Source: Rickettsiales bacterium
Lineage (GTDB): Bacteria; Pseudomonadota; Alphaproteobacteria; Rs-D84
Direction of reading: 5' to 3'
Assembly (NCBI GenBank): GCA_031263295.1
Contig: JAISGC010000092.1
Coordinates: 1-39,363, forward strand
DNA length: 39,363 nt
The position numbers were made by a program, and so were the translations under genes. Under the pieces are notes generated by a model. The model did not search any database, was not told the DNA's origin, and was given only the letters and a program-made list of their open reading frames with translations. This document shows positions 29,858 to 37,981 of the stretch, in pieces. Positions within the stretch are counted from its first letter, which is position 1. Every line of letters begins with the position of its first letter.

Positions 29858-30906
29858 TGCAAAACCTCTATTCCAAATCTTTATCGGAGATTGAAAAAAT
29901 CGTTTCGGACCTCGGCGAGCCGAAGTTCCGCGCCAAGCAAATCCGCGAATGGCTGGACCGCGGATGCCCTGATTTCTTGCTTATGAAAAACATCGGCGCG
30001 CCGCTTCAATCAAAATTGTCAGAATCGTTCCAATCCTTGCCAATCAAGGATCAGAGCGTTTTGGCATCCGCCGACGGCGCGACGAAAAAGTTCCTTTTCG
30101 AGATAGAGGGAGGCGCGAAAATCGAATCGGTTTTAATGAAGACCAGCTATGGAAACAGCGTTTGCGTTTCGTCTCAGGCGGGCTGCGCCATGGGTTGCCG
30201 ATTCTGCGCTTCTACCTTGCTCGGCCTGTCGCGGAATCTTACGGCCGACGAAATGACGGCGCAGGTTTTGCGGTGCCAATGGGAATGCAGGCAAGACGGC
30301 ACGCGTCCAAACGGCGATAAAAATCAGAACGACATAACGCACATTGTAATAATGGGAACGGGCGAGCCGTTGGCTAATTACGACAACACCATCGCGTTTA
30401 TGGCGGCGGCGAATGAAAAGCTAAATATCGGATGGCGGCGAATAACATTGTCGACCTGCGGGTTGGTTCCGGAGATTCGGCGCCTGCGCGATTTTGGCGA
30501 ACCGATAAACCTTGCGATTTCGCTTCACGCGCCGAACGATGCTCTGCGCCGCGAAATTATGCCGATTGCGAATAAATATTCAATTGCCGAAACGCTCGAT
30601 GCTGCGTTCGAGTTCTCGACTCTGCACAATCGCCAACTGATGATCGAATATATTTTACTCGGCGGCGTGAATGATTCGGACGAGAATGCGGCGGAGCTTG
30701 CGGCGCTGCTTCGCGGCAAATTGGTTATGGTAAATCTGATTCCTTGGAATCCTGTCGCCGAGCGCGACTGGGCCGCCGCTCCGTCCGGCAACCGGGTTCA
30801 CAAGTTCCAGGATATTTTAATCGCGGCGGGCGTCCACACGCGAATCCGCAAAGAACGCGGCGCCGACATAGGTTCGGCCTGCGGCCAGCTGCGCCTCGGC
30901 AAATAA
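29857..30906 (+). CDS. rlmN: 23S rRNA/tRNA adenine-C2 methyltransferase RlmN (radical SAM)
   Basis: 349 aa from ATG 29857. It has PKFRAKQIREW, the radical-SAM cluster CAMGCRFCAS, GEPLANYDN and the C-terminal ...GADIGSACGQL. Confidence 0.88.
   Translation: MQNLYSKSLSEIEKIVSDLGEPKFRAKQIREWLDRGCPDFLLMKNIGAPLQSKLSESFQSLPIKDQSVLASADGATKKFLFEIEGGAKIESVLMKTSYGNSVCVSSQAGCAMGCRFCASTLLGLSRNLTADEMTAQVLRCQWECRQDGTRPNGDKNQNDITHIVIMGTGEPLANYDNTIAFMAAANEKLNIGWRRITLSTCGLVPEIRRLRDFGEPINLAISLHAPNDALRREIMPIANKYSIAETLDAAFEFSTLHNRQLMIEYILLGGVNDSDENAAELAALLRGKLVMVNLIPWNPVAERDWAAAPSGNRVHKFQDILIAAGVHTRIRKERGADIGSACGQLRLGK
30029..30058 (+). repeat. Polar palindromic motif copy (inside rlmN CDS)
   Basis: TCCAATCCTTG-CCAAT-CAAGGATCAGAGCG. 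It shares 27/30 nt with the copy at 32648-32677. Confidence 0.65.
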
Positions 30907-31143
30907 TTTTCGGCTTTATTCTTTTGTCGGTTTGTGATACCATTCCGGTGCGTCCGAAAGGGGCCGAGACCTGAAAATCTCGATAGTGAACGCGCACGAA
31001 TAAAGCGCGTAAAAAAACATTCCCGCTGAAATAATTGGCGGGATTGTGGCCGCCATATATTGAAAGCGGCTGCGATCGTTTTCACTACGATTTTTTCAGA
31101 ATCCCGCCGCCTTTTGGAAGAAAATAAACCAAAAGGTGGAATT

Positions 31144-32442
31144 ATGAGAAAAATTTTATTTATCGCGGCGATGATGGCCGCTGCGCGTTCCGCATCCGCG
31201 GGCGTCGCATTCCTGAAATCGGAAATGTCGTTTGATTACGAACGCAGGCATGAGTATGGATATGCCAGAGTGAATGCCAGCGATATTCTGGATTCAAAAC
31301 TTCTTGGAACGAAAGGATGCCTGACATCAGATTGCATGATGGCGTGTAGACATACTGACAAATACGATAGTTGTAGCAGTATGTTCAACTGCGCCGAAGA
31401 ATCGGCTGTCAATAGTTTAGATTTTTATGTGAGCATGGACAATTGCGGCAATGGGGCGTATTTAAGATACAGCGGCCAGCTGGGGAGCGACCAAATGGCT
31501 TTCAATTGGACATATCCGAAAGGCTCCGATTCCAACGGACAACAGATTCTTAATCCCGTGATGTCCGAGGCGATTGCGGCCTGCAATGAAATCCCGGTCG
31601 GCGAGCTGAATAATATAAAGGGCGTTATGACCGGTGCGGCCGTCGTGTCCGGAATCGGGGCCGCCGGAAATCTCGCCGCCAGCGCGGGCAATATCTATGG
31701 CGCGGTCAAGAACGGCCAGGCGGCCGCGGGCGAATCGGCCGACGCGACAACCGCAGTGGCGGCGCCTGCGGCGTCGGCCGAGACCGCAGTTGCGACGAAC
31801 GGCAATGGTCTGAAACCGGGCGAAGCATTCAAGGGTCAACAGATGATGAACACGATAACCGCCGGTGTCGGTGCCGCCGCCGGAACAACATCGACCATCA
31901 TCAACGCGGCCTCCGCGGGCAAGCTGGGCAAGATAATCGACCAAATCGAGGGCTGCAAATCCGCGCTCGGCAAGGTAACGGCTGCCGCGTCAGACACCGC
32001 GTCATTGGAGGAGCAGATGGCCGCGTCGAACAGCAAATCCGACGCCAAGTCCGCCTGCAATAAAATCAGTGTGTCCGACATAAAGAATCTTAAAGGCGCG
32101 ATGGTCGCCGCCGCCGTGATTTCGGGAATCGGCGCGGCCGGGAACATCGCATCGACCGCCGGGAACATAGTCGGCGCCGTTAAAAACACGCAGGAGAAAA
32201 AGGCGGTCGATTCGGCGGCGCCGACCAATGGCGAAACGGCCGTCGCGCCGGGCGAGGTCGCGAGCGGCGGCTTAAAGCCGGGCGAATCGTTCAAGGGTCA
32301 GAATATCGTCAATGTCGCATCCGCCGGGGTCGGCGCGGCGACCGGCGCAGTCTCGACCGCCATGAGCGCGGCCGCGGCCGGAAAGCTGGATGGCATAATC
32401 GCTGGCGTTGAAAAATGCCGCGACGCCGTGTCCAAATTGTAG
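31144..32442 (+). CDS. Secreted protein with Cys-rich N-domain and two Gly/Ala-rich ~130-158-aa repeats (unknown function)
   Basis: The start is placed at ATG 31144, preceded by AAAAGGTGGA. It has the signal peptide MRKILFIAAMMAAARSASA. Repeat 1 starts at Cys147 (31582) and repeat 2 at Cys305 (32056). Both contain C-N-.-I-.V..(I/L)-.N(I/L)KG...AA.V(V/I)SGIGAAGN...GLKPGE.FKGQ...AGKL...I...(E/K)-C. Confidence 0.6.
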   Translation: MRKILFIAAMMAAARSASAGVAFLKSEMSFDYERRHEYGYARVNASDILDSKLLGTKGCLTSDCMMACRHTDKYDSCSSMFNCAEESAVNSLDFYVSMDNCGNGAYLRYSGQLGSDQMAFNWTYPKGSDSNGQQILNPVMSEAIAACNEIPVGELNNIKGVMTGAAVVSGIGAAGNLAASAGNIYGAVKNGQAAAGESADATTAVAAPAASAETAVATNGNGLKPGEAFKGQQMMNTITAGVGAAAGTTSTIINAASAGKLGKIIDQIEGCKSALGKVTAAASDTASLEEQMAASNSKSDAKSACNKISVSDIKNLKGAMVAAAVISGIGAAGNIASTAGNIVGAVKNTQEKKAVDSAAPTNGETAVAPGEVASGGLKPGESFKGQNIVNVASAGVGAATGAVSTAMSAAAAGKLDGIIAGVEKCRDAVSKL

Positions 32443-32477
32443 TTCGTTTGTTCCTGAATAATCCGCCAAACGGCGGA

Positions 32478-33110
32478 TTATTTTTTTATGACAATGTATC
32501 GCGTGACGCCCGCGCCGAACATATCTTTTTCTTGATACCTTGTTTTTACCGGCGGCATTTTTTCGGCCGATATTTTTAATCCGGCGGATTTTATTTGCAG
32601 AAGAATCCAATCGAAATAGTCCGCGTGGTCGGTGCCTATGGAAATCTTCCCATCCTTGCAAATCAAGGACCAGAGCGTTTTTATGAAGTCCGCGGACAAG
32701 AGCCGCCGCTTCTCGTGCCTGGCCTTCGGCCACGGGTCCGGATGCAAAATCCATATTTCTGAAAACGGCCCGGCGGCGGGCATTTTTCGGATGTCGTCGG
32801 GCCAAATTCTGATGTTTTTATATTGCGGCAAAATCTTGCCCTCGTCGTCCGCTATGCGCGACAATAACGACGCGACGCCGTTTATAAAAGGCTCCGCCCC
32901 TATGATTATTTTATCGGGGTTTGCTTCGGCGAGTTCGATAATGTGTTCTCCCGCGCCGAAACCGATTTCTAGTATAGGACTAGGATTAGGACTAGGACTG
33001 GGGAGCAGGGACGGCAAAAGTTTGTCGACAAGATGCTGTTGCCGCGCGGACAGGCTTTTGCCGTGGACCCGGCCGAATGTTCGGATAAATTGATTTTCCG
33101 TCTTTTCCAT
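32478..33110 (-). CDS. trmB: tRNA (guanine46-N7)-methyltransferase TrmB
   Basis: The start is placed at ATG 33108-33110, which avoids overlapping the divergent gltX. It has the SAM motif LEIGFGAGEH and the block IWILHPDPWPKARHEKRRL. It contains the in-frame heptamer-repeat peptide PSPSPNPSP. Confidence 0.85.
   Translation of the reverse strand: MEKTENQFIRTFGRVHGKSLSARQQHLVDKLLPSLLPSPSPNPSPILEIGFGAGEHIIELAEANPDKIIIGAEPFINGVASLLSRIADDEGKILPQYKNIRIWPDDIRKMPAAGPFSEIWILHPDPWPKARHEKRRLLSADFIKTLWSLICKDGKISIGTDHADYFDWILLQIKSAGLKISAEKMPPVKTRYQEKDMFGAGVTRYIVIKK
32648..32677 (+). repeat. Polar palindromic motif copy, variant (inside trmB CDS)
   Basis: TCCCATCCTTG-CAAAT-CAAGGACCAGAGCG. Confidence 0.6.
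32974..33003. repeat. Single arm of the GGACTAG-heptamer repeat, in frame inside trmB
   Basis: ATAGGACTAGGATTAGGACTAGGACTGGGG. The 20-mer 32977-32996 is identical to 14014-14033. It encodes PSPSPNPSPI on the minus strand, just upstream of the SAM-binding motif. Confidence 0.75.
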
Positions 33111-33126
33111 AGTATTATTATAAATT

Positions 33127-34692
33127 ATGAGAAACGGATTGTCGAAAGATTTAATCGCGCGAGTTTTGGGTGTCGCGCCGAAATACACGCTCGCGGAATT
33201 GGAAGAAAAATATCCGCCGCGAGACCTGCAAGACGGCGCGATGGTGACGCGCTTTGCGCCGTCGCCGACCGGCTTTATGCATATCGGAAATCTTTACTCG
33301 ATGCTGATTGATAAAAAATTGGCGCAACAATCCGCGGGCGTTTTTTATCTGCGTATAGAGGACACGGACACCAAACGCGAAATCTCCGGCGCGGTCGATG
33401 TTATTTTGGATGCCGCCAGGACATACGATTTGACTCCGGACGAGGGGCCGTTTTATCAATCCGAGCGCAAAGATATTTATCACTCGGTTGCGGCCGAGTT
33501 GCTGGCGACCGGCCGTGCGTATCCTTGCTTTTTGACAACGGACGAAATGGAGGCGATTCGCGAGAAACAAAAGGCGGCCGGACTGGCCACCGGAATATAC
33601 GGCGATTGGGCGAAATGGCGCGATGCGACGGACGATGAAATCATTGCCGAATTGGACGCGGGGCGGACGCCCAGCATCCGGCTCTGGTCCTTGGGAAACA
33701 AGGATCAGAAGATTTTTTGCAAGGATGCTGTCCGCGGCTCAATCGCGTTTCCCGAGAACGACGAGGATGTAGTTTTAATCAAGTCGAACGATGGGCTTCC
33801 GACATATCATTTCGCGCATCTGGCGGACGATCATTTTATGCGGACCACGCATGTCGTGCGCGGCGAGGAATGGCTGCCGTCGTTGCCGCTGCATTATCAG
33901 TTGTTCAAGATGATGGAATGGGCGCCGCCCGCATACATCCACACATCGACACTGGACACAATAGACGCCGAAACTGGAAAGCAGAGGAAATTATCAAAGC
34001 GAAAAGACCCATTTGCGAACATTGCTTTTTTTGCCGAATCCGGCTGGCCCGGCGATGCTGTTCTGGAATACCTGTTCAATATAGTGTCGAGCGGCTATGA
34101 AGACGAAAAAGCAAAAGGCAAGGTCGCGAACATCTGGGATGCGGAATTAAAAATCAAAAAGATTCCGACATCGGGCGCTTTGTTCGACTGGAAAAAACTC
34201 GAATGGTGGAGCAGGGAGTTTATCGCGGCTCTCTCGGTCGAAGAATTGGTCCGGCGCGTTTCAGACTGGGCCGCCGAGTATGGCGATGCCGCGAACAAGG
34301 CCGAGGTCGCGGATGAAAAATATCTGCGGGCGATTCTTTCGATAGAGCGCGACAATCCCAAACGCGTCAGAAAAGACTTTATAAACTGGAAGCAGACGCT
34401 GGATGAAATATCGTATTTCTTCGACGATTTATTCGCTGCGCCGGAGGCCGCGCAATTGAACAAAGATATTTTGCGCAATTTCCTCCAATCCTTTGATTTC
34501 AAGGATCAGAAGGATTTATGGTGGGAGAAAATCCAAAAAATCGCGAACGATTTTGGCGTGCCGAACGGCGATGCGGCGATGGCTCTCCGGATCGCGATAA
34601 CCGGCCGCACTATGGCCCCGGATTTATATTCCGTTATGCAGGCGATGGGCGAGGCCCGCGTCCACAATCGCATAGAAAAGGCGTTGAAATGA
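33127..34692 (+). CDS. gltX: Glutamate--tRNA ligase
   Basis: 521 aa. The class I signatures present are RFAPSPTGFMHIGN (HIGH) and KLSKRK (KMSKS). The GluRS blocks YLRIEDTD and DG.PTYHFA are also present. Confidence 0.9.
   Translation: MRNGLSKDLIARVLGVAPKYTLAELEEKYPPRDLQDGAMVTRFAPSPTGFMHIGNLYSMLIDKKLAQQSAGVFYLRIEDTDTKREISGAVDVILDAARTYDLTPDEGPFYQSERKDIYHSVAAELLATGRAYPCFLTTDEMEAIREKQKAAGLATGIYGDWAKWRDATDDEIIAELDAGRTPSIRLWSLGNKDQKIFCKDAVRGSIAFPENDEDVVLIKSNDGLPTYHFAHLADDHFMRTTHVVRGEEWLPSLPLHYQLFKMMEWAPPAYIHTSTLDTIDAETGKQRKLSKRKDPFANIAFFAESGWPGDAVLEYLFNIVSSGYEDEKAKGKVANIWDAELKIKKIPTSGALFDWKKLEWWSREFIAALSVEELVRRVSDWAAEYGDAANKAEVADEKYLRAILSIERDNPKRVRKDFINWKQTLDEISYFFDDLFAAPEAAQLNKDILRNFLQSFDFKDQKDLWWEKIQKIANDFGVPNGDAAMALRIAITGRTMAPDLYSVMQAMGEARVHNRIEKALK
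33682..33711 (+). repeat. Polar palindromic motif copy (inside gltX CDS)
   Basis: CTCTGGTCCTT-GGGAAAC-AAGGATCAGAAG. The exact 10-mer is at 33700-33709. Confidence 0.65.
34483..34513 (+). repeat. Polar palindromic motif copy (inside gltX CDS)
   Basis: CTCCAATCCTT-TGATTTC-AAGGATCAGAAGG. The exact 10-mer is at 34501-34510. Confidence 0.65.
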
Positions 34693-35426
34693 AAAAGAAA
34701 CAGCAGGCGAAAATCATAAAAAAATCGGCGCGCGGCGGAGCGTTGTTGCGCGCGTTGCAGGCGACCGGATTATTCCGCTGGGAAAAGCCGGTCAGCCATG
34801 GAGAATCGGTCGCGAACATTCTGACGCACGGGATAGGAATCGGAATAGCTATCGCCGCGCTGGTTGTCCTTGAATGCTTCGCGGTTCTCTCGGGCGATCC
34901 GTGGGCGGTCGCATCCTGCGCGATTTTCGGCGCGACTATGTTCACGCTTTATTTCGGCAGCACAATGTGCCACGCGATGATAGGTTGCAAATACGATAGT
35001 TTTTTCGAGGTCTGGGATTCGATTTCGATTTACGCATTGATTGCCGGAACATACACTCCGTTCTGTCTGGTGAATCTTCGCGGGCCGCTCGGCTGGTCCG
35101 TGTTCGGCCTGATGTGGGGAATCGTCGCCCTCGGCGCCGCGATTAAAATACGGAATCCGAACCGCCAGCCCAAATGGATTGTCGCGCTCTATCTTCTGAT
35201 GGGCTGGACGATACTCTTCATAATTCCGGCGATGCTGAACAATGTTCCGGCGCGCGGATTGTGGTTCATATTGGCGGGCGCGCTGTCATACACAATCGGC
35301 GTGATATTTTATCTGTGGCGGAGGATGAAGTTCTCGCATATGGTCTGGCATCTGTTCGTAATCGGCGGGACGATTTCGTTCTTCTTCTCCGTCCTGTTCG
35401 GGAGCATCATAGACTATGCGCGTTAA
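34689..35426 (+). CDS. Hemolysin III / PAQR-family membrane protein
   Basis: 245 aa from ATG 34689, with an ATGA overlap with the gltX stop. It has 7 TM segments and the family His motifs (NILTHGIG..., MCHAM, FSHMVWHLFV). Confidence 0.8.
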   Translation: MKKKQQAKIIKKSARGGALLRALQATGLFRWEKPVSHGESVANILTHGIGIGIAIAALVVLECFAVLSGDPWAVASCAIFGATMFTLYFGSTMCHAMIGCKYDSFFEVWDSISIYALIAGTYTPFCLVNLRGPLGWSVFGLMWGIVALGAAIKIRNPNRQPKWIVALYLLMGWTILFIIPAMLNNVPARGLWFILAGALSYTIGVIFYLWRRMKFSHMVWHLFVIGGTISFFFSVLFGSIIDYAR

Positions 35427-37467
35427 AATAATCAACATAGCCAGCGCCGTCGCCGCCGCATTGGCGATGGTTTTCATATTACAAAGGAATGAAAAAATGA
35501 GCGAAGGAATCAGACTTGAAAACCTGGACGCGGCCGTGCGGCCCCAGGATGATTTTTACGATTTTGCGACCGCGGGCTGGCGCAAAGCGAATCCCCTGCG
35601 CCCGGAGTTTTCAAGGTTCGGAGCGTTCGACAAACTGGGCGAGGAGGTCTTGGTCCAGGTCGACGAACTGATAACCGGCATAGCGAAGGACCCGCGCGGC
35701 GATTTGGAAAATAAAATCGCGACGATTTACAACGGCGCGATGAATTACGATAAACGCAACGCGGACGGAATAAAACCGGTCGCCGCGGAGTTCGCGGAAA
35801 TCGACGCGATGACGGACTGGGAGACATATCTCGGCCGCGCGCACCGCATCGGCGGCGTCTTTTTCAACAGCGGGACGGATGTCGATATGATGGATTCCGG
35901 GACGCATATTTTCGGCATAAGCCAGACGCATTTTCCGTTGTCCCGCGATTATCTTTTGGACAAGGACGACAAGTCCGCGCGCGTGCGTTCGGAATACGGC
36001 CGCTATATCGGAAAAGTGCTCGCGATGTTCAGAATCGTCGGCACGGACGCGAGGGAGATTTTGGAATATGAAATAGAAATGGCAAAGGGGCTGTATCCGA
36101 AGGAAAAATTGCGCGAGCCATTGGACAACTATCACAAGATGTCGGTCGAGGAATTGAAAAAAAGATTCGCCGGATTTGATTGGGATAAATATTTTAAGGC
36201 TCGCGGCGCGGCGCCCGAAGTGGTCGATGTTGGCCAGCCGGAGCCGGTTGAACAAGCAATAAACATTCTGATAGAGTCGCAGAACAAGAGTATGCCCGCG
36301 GCGGCTCGCCGCCTCCAATCCTTACGAACAAAGGATCAGAGATTTCTACGCGCGTATCTGAAATACAGGATTGCGAACGGCGCGATGACGGAGCTCGGCG
36401 ACGCACAGTATGACCTCGCGTTCGATTTCTACGGCCGTATGGTCAGCGGCAAGGAGGAGCGCCGCCCGAAGTGGAAGGACGCCGCGAACATAACCGAGGG
36501 CGTTCTGGGCGAGGCGATAGGCCAGCTCTATGTCAAAAAATATTTCCCGCCTGAGGCGAAAAAGCGGATGGTCGATCTGGTCGAAAATCTTCGCCGCGCG
36601 TATGCCGACCGATTGGGCGCAATCGATTGGATGTCGCCGGAAACCAAAAAGGCGGCGCAGGAAAAATTGGCCGCGTTTGGCGTCAAAATCGGATACCCGG
36701 ACAAATGGCGCGATTACTCGAAACTCGAACTCAAAGGCGATTCGCTTTACGCCGATCTGGTGCGCTCGGCGCGGTTCGATGACGATTGGGAATTGGAAAA
36801 ACTGCGCGGCGGGCGCGTAGACAGGACCGAGTGGCATATGACGCCGCAGACCGTCAACGCATACTTTTCGCCCGTGAATAACGAGATTGTTTTTCCCGCC
36901 GCGATCTTGCAGCCGCCGTTCTTCGATATGACGGCCGACGATGCGTTCAACTACGGCGCCATCGGATCGGTCATCGGGCACGAGATGACGCACGGCTTCG
37001 ACGATTCGGGCCGCCGGTTCGATAAAGACGGAAATATGAAAAACTGGTGGACGGACGCGGACACGAAAAACTTCGACGCGCGCGCCAAGGTTATGAAGGA
37101 CTGGTTCGATAAAATCGAGGTCGCGCCCGGCCTTCATGCGAACGGCGAGTTCACGCTGGGCGAGAATCTGGCCGACTACGGCGGGCTGACGATTGCGTTC
37201 GACGCATATAAAAAATACGGGCGGGCGGCAGGCGCGGGCGAAAAATACACGCCGGAGCAAAGATTCTTCATCGCATACGGCGGCGCGGAAATCGCGAACA
37301 TCCGGCCCGACGAAGTCATCCGGCGGACCAAGGTCGACGAGCACTCGCTGAGCGAATGGCGGGTCAACGGAATCCTGCCGCATGTGGACGCGTGGCAGAC
37401 CGCGTTCGGCGTCGCGGACGGCGACAAGATGTGGCTCGCGCCGGACAAACGGGTCAGGCTTTGGTAA
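35416..37467 (+). CDS. pepO: M13-family zinc metallopeptidase (PepO / endothelin-converting-enzyme-like)
   Basis: 683 aa. It has HEMTHGFD (HExxH), ENLADYGG and the N-terminal RPQDDFYDF. The start may be 35416 (which gives a signal anchor) or the ATG at 35497. Confidence 0.88.
   Translation: MRVKIINIASAVAAALAMVFILQRNEKMSEGIRLENLDAAVRPQDDFYDFATAGWRKANPLRPEFSRFGAFDKLGEEVLVQVDELITGIAKDPRGDLENKIATIYNGAMNYDKRNADGIKPVAAEFAEIDAMTDWETYLGRAHRIGGVFFNSGTDVDMMDSGTHIFGISQTHFPLSRDYLLDKDDKSARVRSEYGRYIGKVLAMFRIVGTDAREILEYEIEMAKGLYPKEKLREPLDNYHKMSVEELKKRFAGFDWDKYFKARGAAPEVVDVGQPEPVEQAINILIESQNKSMPAAARRLQSLRTKDQRFLRAYLKYRIANGAMTELGDAQYDLAFDFYGRMVSGKEERRPKWKDAANITEGVLGEAIGQLYVKKYFPPEAKKRMVDLVENLRRAYADRLGAIDWMSPETKKAAQEKLAAFGVKIGYPDKWRDYSKLELKGDSLYADLVRSARFDDDWELEKLRGGRVDRTEWHMTPQTVNAYFSPVNNEIVFPAAILQPPFFDMTADDAFNYGAIGSVIGHEMTHGFDDSGRRFDKDGNMKNWWTDADTKNFDARAKVMKDWFDKIEVAPGLHANGEFTLGENLADYGGLTIAFDAYKKYGRAAGAGEKYTPEQRFFIAYGGAEIANIRPDEVIRRTKVDEHSLSEWRVNGILPHVDAWQTAFGVADGDKMWLAPDKRVRLW
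36313..36343 (+). repeat. Polar palindromic motif copy (inside pepO CDS)
   Basis: CTCCAATCCTT-ACGAACA-AAGGATCAGAGAT. The exact 10-mer is at 36331-36340. Confidence 0.65.
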
Positions 37468-37478
37468 GGCTATTTTTC

Positions 37479-37674
37479 GGCACGGCATTCCACCGCGATA
37501 AGATTCCCCTTCCCTTGGGAAGGGGTGTCATTTTGCGAAGCAAAATGACGGGGTAGGGGTAAAAATAAATTGCTTTCCACTACCCCGTCTCGCGGCGCCA
37601 CACCCTGCGTGTGTCGCCGCGAGACACCCGCAACGCCCGCGAAGGGGAATCTTATCGCGGTGGAATGCCGTGCC
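37479..37674. mobile_element. 196-bp element with 33-bp perfect terminal inverted repeats and three or four internal hairpins (MITE-like)
   Basis: GGCACGGCATTCCACCGCGATAAGATTCCCCTT (37479-37511) is the exact reverse complement of 37642-37674. Internal hairpins include GTCATTTTGC-GAA-GCAAAATGAC, CGGGGTAG...CTACCCCG and TCTCGCGGCG...CGCCGCGAGA. It sits between the convergent pepO and HTH genes. Confidence 0.6.
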
Positions 37675-37695
37675 AATCAAACCGATTCTCACAAC

Positions 37696-37947
37696 CTACG
37701 CCGTTTTCTGGCCGTCTTCCATCAAATACCGAGTGAACGCGCTGATGTCGCGGTCGTGGCCGGTCGCGTGCAGGATTTTGGCCAGCGTCTGGACCGACGG
37801 CCAGCGCTCCGTTCCGTCGCGGCTGAACCGCTTGGATTTATTGAAAGTCGTCGGGTCCAGTCCGCTCGCGCGGGCAAGGCCGGAACAGCTTTTGTCGTGG
37901 GCCTTGGCGAACTTGTCGATGGCATCCCATATATCAATGTGCTTCAT
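37696..37947 (-). CDS. Small HTH DNA-binding protein (phage-repressor/XRE-like N-terminal domain only)
   Basis: 83 aa with SD AAGGAG. IWDAIDKFAKAHDKSCSGLARASGLDPTTFNKSKR...RWPSVQTLAKIL matches the HTH region seen at the N-terminus of S24-type repressors. No peptidase domain follows. Confidence 0.65.
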   Translation of the reverse strand: MKHIDIWDAIDKFAKAHDKSCSGLARASGLDPTTFNKSKRFSRDGTERWPSVQTLAKILHATGHDRDISAFTRYLMEDGQKTA

Positions 37948-37967
37948 TTTCTCTTCTCCTTATAATA

Positions 37968-37981
37968 GATTCCTAGGAATC
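37968..37981. promoter_or_regulatory. Perfect 14-bp palindrome GATTCCTAGGAATC (candidate operator) in the HTH/hemW divergent spacer
   Basis: It lies 21 nt upstream of the HTH gene start. A related TTCC-TTTCA-GGAA palindrome is at 38029-38041. Confidence 0.35.
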
